From: Lepidodermella squamata
Lineage: Eukaryota; Animalia; Gastrotricha
Length of the DNA stretch: 64,000 bases
Direction of reading: 5' to 3'
Assembly: GCA_047495785.1 (NCBI GenBank)
Contig: JBLDXI010000066.1
Coordinates: forward strand, 124,001-188,000
A program made the position numbers and the translations under genes. Below the pieces are notes generated by a model. It was not told the DNA's origin. It was given only the letters and a program-made list of their open reading frames with translations, and made no database searches. Shown in pieces: positions 1-10,700 of this stretch (position 1 is the stretch's first letter; every line of letters begins with the position of its first letter).

Positions 1-134
1 TCTAAAATTTCAACTTTTTAAAAATATTTAAAAATTCTTTGAAATACCTAAAAATAATGGAAAATATTAAATTAGAAATTGGAAATCTCCTTGGCGAAAA
101 ATTATGCAAATTTATAATTTTTATAATTTTTCAG

Positions 135-804
135 ACTCATGGCAAGAAGTTCACAAGGGTCAATATGTGCCAAGTTGCGATCACCAAGGCAATCTTTACA
201 CTCCAAAATCGTATCAAACGTTGTTCCCAGGTGGAAAGCGGATCGACTACATATTTTACCGACCTCGTAAATAATTTTTCAAAATTTTAATTTTTATAAG
301 TCAAATTTTTCTAAATTTTCAGAAAACGTTCGATGTGAAGTGATGAACAGTGAAATTCACAATCTGAAAGTCGCGACAACTGACATACCGCTGTCCGACC
401 ACGAAGCCGTGACGACGTCGTTCAAAATTACGCCAGCATCGGACGGTAATAGTAAAAAGCAATCAAACCCTACAGCGAAGCATGGACCTCGAATCCGGAA
501 GCTGCAGCATCACGAGGATGATTTGCTGCTGAAAGTGCATGAAATTTTTCAACAATCTGCTAAAAAGAGCGAACAATCTGGCAAAAAGTGCCTCAATGTT
601 ATTGCAGGTCTTTTAGTATTCGGCGTTTTAACCTTGATACTTGCTCCCTTTCTGTGCTCTCTCGTTAGCGTTTTGATCTACACTTTGGTGGTTGTTATAC
701 TTTCAATTCATTACTTTGTTGCGAAACGTCAGGAATATAGCCATTTTCTGGAAATTCAGCATCAAATTGAAGCCGATTTGCGGGCTAGGAAGCATTTCGA
801 CTGA
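135..804 (+). CDS. Neutral sphingomyelinase (SMPD2/ISC1-like, EEP superfamily), last two exons (135-266, 323-804); 5' part outside the window
   Basis: Spliced translation gives ...FPGGKRIDYIFYRP|ENVRCEV...DIPLSDHEAV. RIDY and SDH are EEP catalytic motifs, followed by two C-terminal hydrophobic helices as in SMPD2. Paralogous to 21785-23277. Confidence 0.85.
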
Positions 805-1745
805 TAATTCGAAGAGTAAATGAGGATTTTAATAAAATGACTTTGAGTATTTTCGGCGGTCGAAAAGAGTCTGATTTGAGGTTCATGGCATTGCTAGAAT
901 ATTGACGCCAATTTCAGCCAGGTTAGTTTCACCGATATTTCGAAGCGATTTCCAAAGAATAAGGCCAATGTCCCCAGGTGTTTCCAAGTTTTGAATGGAA
1001 AAAATATCATTAATCGCAAAACTTTTGTTTATATTATTACAGAGTGTCCCAGAAGTTGCGCAACTATTATTTTTCGATTTGGCAACATTTTGTAGGAAAT
1101 TAAGCTAATTTTAAATTAACCTACTGAGAGAAAATTCCATGAAATTTCGAGATTTTATCGAAGAAATCAAATATTTACCGGAGAAACCCCGGAAAACCGC
1201 GATGGTTCGGTAATTTTCGGTATTACCCGGTTAGGCCAAATTAGGGCATTTAATTGCCTAATTCCGGCCAGGAGTCTAGGTGGCTTCAAAATTAGCCATA
1301 AATCAAGGTAAAATCGTCCGGACTTGCGGTAAGAGGCTTCGATAGCCCAAGAACTCCTCTAAAATTATGTATCTGCCGAATATTTTCTAAAAATTCAGCT
1401 GACTGGAAAAGTTGGAAAAATCCAAGAAAAAAGGCCGAATTTAGGGCGGGAGGCTCAAGGCTGATTTTAAAGTTATCGAAAAATGCATGGCGCATCGTTC
1501 GAGAGGAATTACTCAACCGCTCGTGCCTTTTTAAATTTTTTTGTAATTTTCTGTGTGAAACCAGAATAGCAGCGAGGTTAAAAAAGGACCCCATCCTTCT
1601 TTTTCACGCGTAAAATCCAAAAATTCGACGCGTGTAATGCCGCGGGAGATCAAGCACATTAAATGACTGAATGACATTCAATCGTCATTCATTTAAATTT
1701 ATTTTCTCGAATTTCTGATTTTTTTCGAAATTTCGAAACTTCTTG

Positions 1746-2408
1746 ATGGGCTATTCAATTCTAATATATTTGGCAGTGATGCTATCAGCAATAGCCATCG
1801 CCAACTCACAGCAAGCATACAAGCGCTGCTTCTCCCGATTCAATGACAATTTCTCTGGTTGTAAAACCAATTGCGCTTATTTCGAAGAAGTTCAGGTAAA
1901 ATAAAATTTAATAAAAATTAATGAAAAAAATGTATTCTTAATTTCCATCAGCTCGGGCTTGCTTTGACTGGCCTCGACAGCTGCACGGCCGGAGTGCGTT
2001 TATTATATTATATCAAATTTTCTAGCAGCTGCTATATTCTATTTTGTCTAATATGTAGTCAGTTCGAAGCTGTTTCAATTTCAAGCAAATCAGCATGAGG
2101 TGCATTCCCAGGAATTTGGGATGCTCAGCTGATGAAGTTCAGGTTAAGTTCAATTCAGTAACAAAAATTCTAGAGATTCTAAAGATTTTCTCTGTTAGAC
2201 GAGTGAGTTCCTGGGCCAGTCGTTCAAAGCGAAGTACGAAGAATGTCGAGCAGATATCAACAGTTTCATAGTTTGTTTTTTTTTGATCTCGCGAAATCTC
2301 GGGTGAAACGATATTTTTTGTATTTTGCAGATTCGGCCGGCTTATCTATGCGATAAAAATGGCGCCCGGCTCTGCATACCGATCAATGGAACCTGCCCTA
2401 ACAACGGG
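1746..2408 (+). pseudogene. 5'-only copy (exons 1-5) of the secreted Cys-rich/EGF/AbfB gene family; truncated copy or alternative 5' cassette
   Basis: MGYSILIYLAVMLSAIAIANSQQAYKRCFSRF... across five GT-AG exons homologous to 7791-8462. Downstream sequence switches to neprilysin fragments instead of exon 6. Confidence 0.7.
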
Positions 2409-2691
2409 GTGAGGCTATTCAACCCTCCTTCTAGTTTGTTGCGACCAAAACACGCTTCTGAATTATTTTTCAAAATATATTAAAATTTATCAGCAAGTTA
2501 AAAATAATGATCTCAGATTAAAAAGGCAAATATATAATAATTTTCAAAAATAAAAAATCGAAGAACTTTTTATTTTATTTATTTTCATCGAAAACCGTCC
2601 GAGTCAAGCTTGAATTCATTTGAATAAAATGCGGATATTTACGTGAGACGTACTATAGGATGCCGCGGCTTTAAATATTTGCTGGAAAATA

Positions 2692-3412
2692 CTTATTAAC
2701 TTGATTTGTTCGGTCAGAATTTCAAATTACGGAAGATATGGCTGTTTTTATCCTACCACCTTGAGCATTTCCGGTTTGGATTCATCGCCTCGGACTCGAA
2801 TCGGCGCTGGCGAAAACCGACTAGATGGCTCCTCGTGCCGAAACTTCCGCATCGCCGCGATTCACTAATAAATTACTTTATATTTATGTAAAAATGGCCT
2901 TGCCACACCCTCGGTGTCCATTGACCACGAGCGTAAACCCCATAATAATCGTAGAAATCTGCTGGGGCAAAGAACACTTGTAGCAAAAATGTCATGGATC
3001 GCACGACTATGACTATGACTCCCGGACGTTGCTATGACTCCCGGATGAAACACAATCAGTGCGCGCCCAGAAATGCTACTATTTATCCTAAGCACAATGG
3101 ATAATTTACGGAATTTCGCTGCGAATCAGGGTAGTCGTAAAAATACGCTGAATCGATTAACAGAGGCAGAGTGATTGTAACAGCATTATCCGTCTTAATG
3201 TAGAATCCGTACGGAAGTCGTGAAATTCGACCGGCCAAACGCGAAATCGACCTCGCATTTCAGAACGAAATTTGCGCCGAAAATGCTATTGTTAAGGTGG
3301 ACGTCACGCCTGGTAGGAAAATACATCGCAAATATTTTCATCGGCGTAAATTGAATCGCTGCCAATTCTATCAATCAGGCCAGTTACAATTTTCGTCCAG
3401 CTTAAAATTTCG
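2692..3412 (-). pseudogene. Internally deleted fragments of the M13 neprilysin-like gene
   Basis: 2692-2862 matches the 3' end of 18334-20082. 3103-3412 matches about 18815-19045 joined to about 19445-19545, with indels. Confidence 0.8.
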
Positions 3413-3469
3413 CAAGACTTGTTTTGGCGTTTCATTCTTCTTCATTTTACTTGGTTAATGAGGATAATA

Positions 3470-3836
3470 CAGCGTGTCCCATAAGTAACGCAATAAAAGA
3501 AAATACACGATAAAGGGTTCAAAACTCTAATAAAATGAGAGAAGTCACCATGGCCAGAAAATGTTTAGAATACTTCAAAAATTCACAAGAATAGTATAAT
3601 CAAATATGTCACTTTTGTTACTGGGATTAAAAAGTCCGGAGAAATTTGCCCCAGCCGGGTAAATTAGCACAATTTACCGAACCAGTTACCATCGGGGTTT
3701 TCCGGGTTTCCTCCGGTATATTTTTAATTTTTTCGGTGAAATCGCGGATAAAAGATCTAATATTCTCTCGGTAGGTTCAATCAAAAAAATTAATTGAATT
3801 TCCTACAAAACTTTGCGCGACTTCTGGGACACGCTC
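3470..3836. mobile_element. Tc1/mariner-type MITE
   Basis: TA|CAGCGTGTCCC...GGGACACGCTC|TA termini. Related copies at about 1040, 6497-6863, 17880-18243 and 40117-40437. Confidence 0.75.
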
Positions 3837-4220
3837 TATCGCCGTCTTAGGCTTTGCTGGCGAATAGCCCAACAAACGCAGATTTTGTCGCAAACAATTT
3901 GTGCCGTCTCGAATGGCGTAAAAGACCTAAGACGGTGTTCGGAGAAATGCTTTATTTTTTGGAGAATCTCAATGCTAAAATGTTTAACAAAAATATGGGA
4001 CTGTCGGAGTAAAATACGCCACCACTCGTGCCCTCCTAATTTTTTGCAATTTTCTGCGTGCGCTCCAGGTTGAAAGAGACTGCCCCCAACTGTTACGTGG
4101 ATAAAAGCTCCACGCGTGTCATGGCGGGATAGTTGCAAAAGAAGGATAGTATCTTCATTCATATAAAAATTATGTTTTAGAGAATTTCTGATTTTTTTTC
4201 GAAATTTCGAGAATTTCTGA

Positions 4221-4762
4221 CATTATACTCCCGTTTTGCAGGTCAAAGGTCACACGTTCACACGTGATCAAAACGTGTGATCAAAACACTAAAATTTTAA
4301 GTTGTTGTTGGTGTGGTAGTTTCGTTATTTCGTCATTTCGTCACCATGAAGAAAAAATTATAAAAAAAAATGATGTGAGCTGGAGTCGAACTATCAACCT
4401 CTGGTTTCCTGAGCTACAGCTCGAACCACTAAACCACACTGGAGACACATGGAACTCGTGTTGGAATCAATTGATATAGGTCACAGTGAAAGCATACTTC
4501 AACAAGATAGATGCACACGATTTTAAGGTAACTTGCTTGCTTAGTGGTTCCAGCTCTAGCACTCGAAACCAGAGTTTGATAGTTCGACTCCAGCTCACAT
4601 CATTTTTTTTTATAATTTTTTCTTCATGGTGGCGAAATGACGAAATGACGAAACTACCACCAACTTAACAACAAGCAACAACTCAAAAGTTGAGTGTTTT
4701 GATCACACGTTTTGATCACGTGTGAGCGTGTGACCTTTGACCTGCAAAACGGAAGTATAATG
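4221..4762. mobile_element. Hairpin/MITE with ~230-bp inverted arms, each containing a tRNA-like A/B-box segment
   Basis: Arms run cattatactcccgttttgcaggtcaaaggtcacacg... / ...cgtgtgacctttgacctgcaaaacggaagtataatg. It ends immediately before the ATG at 4764. Confidence 0.8.
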
Positions 4763-4763
4763 G

Positions 4764-5435
4764 ATGAGGTCGTATTTTTCAACGTTATTTTATTCGGCGG
4801 TGATGCTATCAGCAGTGGTAGCGAACACCAACTCACAGCAAACGTACAAGCGCTGCTTCTCTCGATTCAATGACAATTTCTCCGGTTGTAAAACCAGTTG
4901 CGCTTATTTCGAAGGAGTTCAGGTGAATTTATTGCCAATTTTTTCGCGATATTACCAATTTAAATTGTGGTTTTTCTATTTCAGCTCGGGCTTGCTCTGA
5001 ATAGCCCTGCTGCCTGCGCCGATGGAGTAGGTTTATCATATTATATTATTTTTATTATATTTTGCTATCCTAATTTGCCGTACAGTCCGCTCGAAGCTGT
5101 TTCAATTTCAAGCAAATCAGCATGAGGTGCATTCCCAGGAATTTGGGATGCTCAGCTGATGAAGTTCAGGTTAAGTTCAATTCAGTAACAAAAATTCTAG
5201 AGATTCTAAAGATTTTCTCTGTTAGACGAGTGAGTTCCTGGGCCAGTCGTTCAAAGCGAAGTACGAAGAATGTCGAGCAGATATCAACAGTTTCATAGTT
5301 TGTTTTTTTTTGATCTCGCGAAATCTCGGGTGAAACGATATTTTTTGTATTTTGCAGATTCGGCCGGCTTATCTATGCGATAAAAATGGCGCCCGGCTCT
5401 GCATACCGATCAATGGAACCTGCCCTAACAACGGG
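4764..5435 (+). pseudogene. Second 5'-only copy (exons 1-5) of the Cys-rich/EGF/AbfB gene, apparently identical to 7791-8462
   Basis: Part of the 3027-bp duplication; has the signal peptide and exons 1-5 but no downstream exons of its own. Confidence 0.7.
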
Positions 5436-5718
5436 GTGAGGCTATTCAACCCTCCTTCTAGTTTGTTGCGACCAAAACACGCTTCTGAATTATTTTTCAA
5501 AATATATTAAAATTTATCAGCAAGTTAAAAATAATGATCTCAGATTAAAAAGGCAAATATATAATAATTTTCAAAAATAAAAAATCGAAGAACTTTTTAC
5601 TTTATTTATTTTCATCGAAAACCGTCCGAGTCAAGCTTGAATTCATTTGAATAAAATGCGGATATTTACGTGAGACGTACTATAGGATGCCGCGGCTTTA
5701 AATATTTGCTGGAAAATA

Positions 5719-6439
5719 CTTATTAACTTGATTTGTTCGGTCAGAATTTCAAATTACGGAAGATATGGCTGTTTTTATCCTACCACCTTGAGCATTTCCG
5801 GTTTGGATTCATCGCCTCGGACTCGAATCGGCGCTGGCGAAAACCGACTAGATGGCTCCTCGTGCCGAAACTTCCGCATCGCCGCGATTCACTAATAAAT
5901 TACTTTATATTTATGTAAAAATGGCCTTGCCACACCCTCGGTGTCCATTGACCACGAGCGTAAACCCCATAATAATCGTAGAAATCTGCTGGGGCAAAGA
6001 ACACTTGTAGCAAAAATGTCATGGATCGCACGACTATGACTATGACTCCCGGACGTTGCTATGACTCCCGGATGAAACACAATCAGTGCGCGCCCAGAAA
6101 TGCTACTATTTATCCTAAGCACAATGGATAATTTACGGAATTTCGCTGCGAATCAGGGTAGTCGTAAAAATACGCTGAATCGATTAACAGAGGCAGAGTG
6201 ATTGTAACAGCATTATCCGTCTTAATGTAGAATCCGTACGGAAGTCGTGAAATTCGACCGGCCAAACGCGAAATCGACCTCGCATTTCAGAACGAAATTT
6301 GCGCCGAAAATGCTATTGTTAAGGTGGACGTCACGCCTGGTAGGAAAATACATCGCAAATATTTTCATCGGCGTAAATTGAATCGCTGCCAATTCTATCA
6401 ATCAGGCCAGTTACAATTTTCGTCCAGCTTAAAATTTCG
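5719..6439 (-). pseudogene. Duplicated neprilysin fragments
   Basis: Copy of 2692-3412 at +3027. Confidence 0.8.
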
Positions 6440-6496
6440 CAAGACTTGTTTTGGCGTTTCATTCTTCTTCATTTTACTTGGTTAATGAGGATAATA

Positions 6497-6863
6497 CAGC
6501 GTGTCCCATAAGTAACGCAATAAAAGAAAATACACGATAAAGGGTTCAAAACTCTAATAAAATGAGAGAAGTCACCATGGCCAGAAAATGTTTAGAATAC
6601 TTCAAAAATTCACAAGAATAGTATAATCAAATATGTCACTTTTGTTACTGGGATTAAAAAGTCCGGAGAAATTTGCCCCAGCCGGGTAAATTAGCACAAT
6701 TTACCGAACCAGTTACCATCGGGGTTTTCCGGGTTTCCTCCGGTATATTTTTAATTTTTTCGGTGAAATCGCGGATAAAAGATCTAATATTCTCTCGGTA
6801 GGTTCAATCAAAAAAATTAATTGAATTTCCTACAAAACTTTGCGCGACTTCTGGGACACGCTC
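6497..6863. mobile_element. Tc1/mariner-type MITE (duplicate of 3470-3836)
   Basis: Same TIRs and TA flanks. Confidence 0.75.
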
Positions 6864-7247
6864 TATCGCCGTCTTAGGCTTTGCTGGCGAATAGCCCAAC
6901 AAACGCAGATTTTGTCGCAAACAATTTGTGCCGTCTCGAATGGCGTAAAAGACCTAAGACGGTGTTCGGAGAAATGCTTTATTTTTTGGAGAATCTCAAT
7001 GCTAAAATGTTTAACAAAAATATGGGACTGTCGGAGTAAAATACGCCACCACTCGTGCCCTCCTAATTTTTTGCAATTTTCTGCGTGCGCTCCAGGTTGA
7101 AAGAGACTGCCCCCAACTGTTACGTGGATAAAAGCTCCACGCGTGTCATGGCGGGATAGTTGCAAAAGAAGGATAGTATCTTCATTCATATAAAAATTAT
7201 GTTTTAGAGAATTTCTGATTTTTTTTCGAAATTTCGAGAATTTCTGA

Positions 7248-7789
7248 CATTATACTCCCGTTTTGCAGGTCAAAGGTCACACGTTCACACGTGATCAAAA
7301 CGTGTGATCAAAACACTAAAATTTTAAGTTGTTGTTGGTGTGGTAGTTTCGTTATTTCGTCATTTCGTCACCATGAAGAAAAAATTATAAAAAAAAATGA
7401 TGTGAGCTGGAGTCGAACTATCAACCTCTGGTTTCCTGAGCTACAGCTCGAACCACTAAACCACACTGGAGACACATGGAACTCGTGTTGGAATCAATTG
7501 ATATAGGTCACAGTGAAAGCATACTTCAACAAGATAGATGCACACGATTTTAAGGTAACTTGCTTGCTTAGTGGTTCCAGCTCTAGCACTCGAAACCAGA
7601 GTTTGATAGTTCGACTCCAGCTCACATCATTTTTTTTTATAATTTTTTCTTCATGGTGGCGAAATGACGAAATGACGAAACTACCACCAACTTAACAACA
7701 AGCAACAACTCAAAAGTTGAGTGTTTTGATCACACGTTTTGATCACGTGTGAGCGTGTGACCTTTGACCTGCAAAACGGAAGTATAATG
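7248..7789. mobile_element. Hairpin/MITE with tRNA-like arms (duplicate of 4221-4762)
   Basis: Same inverted arms; abuts the ATG at 7791. Confidence 0.8.
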
Positions 7790-7790
7790 G

Positions 7791-10700
7791 ATGAGGTCGT
7801 ATTTTTCAACGTTATTTTATTCGGCGGTGATGCTATCAGCAGTGGTAGCGAACACCAACTCACAGCAAACGTACAAGCGCTGCTTCTCTCGATTCAATGA
7901 CAATTTCTCCGGTTGTAAAACCAGTTGCGCTTATTTCGAAGGAGTTCAGGTGAATTTATTGCCAATTTTTTCGCGATATTACCAATTTAAATTGTGGTTT
8001 TTCTATTTCAGCTCGGGCTTGCTCTGAATAGCCCTGCTGCCTGCGCCGATGGAGTAGGTTTATCATATTATATTATTTTTATTATATTTTGCTATCCTAA
8101 TTTGCCGTACAGTCCGCTCGAAGCTGTTTCAATTTCAAGCAAATCAGCATGAGGTGCATTCCCAGGAATTTGGGATGCTCAGCTGATGAAGTTCAGGTTA
8201 AGTTCAATTCAGTAACAAAAATTCTAGAGATTCTAAAGATTTTCTCTGTTAGACGAGTGAGTTCCTGGGCCAGTCGTTCAAAGCGAAGTACGAAGAATGT
8301 CGAGCAGATATCAACAGTTTCATAGTTTGTTTTTTTTTGATCTCGCGAAATCTCGGGTGAAACGATATTTTTTGTATTTTGCAGATTCGGCCGGCTTATC
8401 TATGCGATAAAAATGGCGCCCGGCTCTGCATACCGATCAATGGAACCTGCCCTAACAACGGGGTGAGGCTATTCAACCCTCCTTCTAGTTTGTTGCGACC
8501 AAAACACGCTTCTGAATTATTTTTCAAAATATATTAAAATTTATCAGCAAGTTAAAAATAATGATCTCAGATTAAAAAGGCAAATATATAATAATTTTCA
8601 AAAATAAAAAATCGAAGAACTTTTTACTTTATTTATTTTCATCGAAAACCGTCCGAGTCAAGCTTGAATTCATTTGAATAAAATGCGGATATTTACGTGA
8701 GACGTACTATAGGATGCCGCGGCTTTAAATATTTGCTCGAAAATAATAATGAGCTAGAATTGTGAATATTCACATCTAAATTTTTGTAAATAAATCAGCA
8801 AGTTGGACTTTGCACCTCATTTAAAAAATCACATTATTCATGATTGTTTGCGAGCCGCGGCGTCCTATAGGTCGTTTTGGTCAGAAAATTTCCAGAAAAT
8901 TCCAGAAATAGGTATTGAATTCAGTACTAAACATCATTGAATTCCGTACCAAATCGTTTCAATCAGTTCCAAATGCCAAATTTCAAGACCCAGCCTTCAA
9001 CTCCAACCAAACTCTAACCCTAACCCTAACCCTAACCCTGAACAGTTTAATAGCGAATAAATTGGTTAGGTATTGAATTAAATGAAATGTTGGTACCGGC
9101 AAAAATTCAATCCATGTTTACTTAATCCATGATTGGAAGGTATCAATTACGGGTAAAAGTTATCAACTAAAATTAAGACCTAAATTATCTAGCTTTCATC
9201 AGAATATTGAATGATTATCGGAATTAAAAATGAAATCTTTTACTTGTTCCCACAGGGATACGTCCGCACAGTAGTATCGCTGCAAGATTGTATGGTTGAG
9301 CAGTACAGTGAGTTGCACGCCATATCGTTCGCTATGTTGAACAACTCGGATTAAAGCTCGGATCAAAGGGTAACAAGTAAAACGTCATTTGAGACATTTA
9401 AGACAGAATCGACTATTTTCAAATTCCTATCGAGCTTAGGTACGGGCCCTTTTTATAGGTACGGCACGTCTCATTGGTTTTCGCATCTTCATCCACGTAA
9501 ACAATGCCTCTTGTTACTTGTCACTCATCACCTTACATTTCAAAGCTTTAATCCGAGTTTTCCAGCAATGCTAACGTTATCATCTCACTTGCCTTCACAT
9601 CTTTTTCTATGCTTTAGTTGTAAGAAAAGAAAGCGATTTCAAACCGCACTACCGCTGTTTCCTGGTCAGCGATCGCTCTTTTCTCGGCTGCCAATCGACA
9701 GCATGCAACAGAACGTTTGCTACACAGGTATAGTTTTGCTGTAAAATTATTGAATTTTTCATATACGATGTTAACATAATAGGAGTTCAGCCTTGGCACT
9801 TATATGGACAAACCTCACTGCACAGTTGGCGTGAGTCCACCTTATTCAAACCATGCATTTCTAATTCAAGGAAATGAAACTTCCAGCCTGCTGCACTTTG
9901 CTCGTCAGCCTCTGGGAACATCTGCCGAGGTTCATGCAGCTCAACCGGACTAACGCTGGTATGACAATGCTGGAAATTGTGCCTTTATAATTCTTCCTTG
10001 AATATTTTAAAATTATCTAAATCATTTTAAACCTTCCACTTGATTTTGAATTCAGGGTGCCACGTTCAACGCCAAGGCAGATTTTGCTGGCAATTATGCT
10101 GATTGCATTGGATCTCAGGTTTTCTTGATTCTTTGATATCTTCGAGGCTATCCCCTGTCGGAAAAAGTTGGACCGTGGTGGACCTTTTGGCCTTTCTCAC
10201 AAGACGGTGGACCATGGTGGCCCATTTTGGACCTGGTATTTCGTGAATTTTTCCGTTTGGCCTCGGCGAATCTGAAAGTTGGTCATTCTATGGCCAGAAA
10301 GTGATTTTTGCGAAATTATTCGAAACATTTTTAAGAAAATTGGTGCAAGCATGGCCAACGCCCGATCTGCTCTGGAGAGTTTTATATGCAACGTCGCACG
10401 TTGGTCATCGCACGGCCAACGAGTCATTCTGCGTCAAATTTCCGGAAAATTAGCTAAACAGCTGGTCCATGGATGGCCATGACATAACCTTCTCCGAAAA
10501 TGAGTTTTTTGAACTTCAAAACTTGGTCATTCCATGGCCAAGAGTTTATTTGTGTGCAAATTTCGAAAATTAGTATAAAATAGACCAGAAAAGGCCAAAA
10601 CACTTCTGCGCTTAAAACACTGGCTTTTTACCTGGAATGGCAAAATTACACATCGGCACCATTTCGCCGGCAAGTCATCATGAGAGACCAAATTAGTCCA

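Larger units (their letters stand above)
2064..8737. repeat. Near-identical tandem segmental duplication, period 3027 bp (~2.2 copies)
   Basis: All ORFs recur at +3027 (2706/5733, 3813/6840, 4764/7791). One T/C difference seen near 2573 versus 5600. Confidence 0.95.

Noticed and set aside
2706-4162. Short ORFs 2706-2891, 2865-3095, 3813-4073, 3836-4162 and their duplicates
   Set aside because: Antisense to neprilysin fragments or overlapping MITE sequence; no coding hallmarks.
4375-4600. Functional tRNA genes
   Set aside because: A and B boxes are present but acceptor and T stems do not pair; they sit within an inverted-repeat element.
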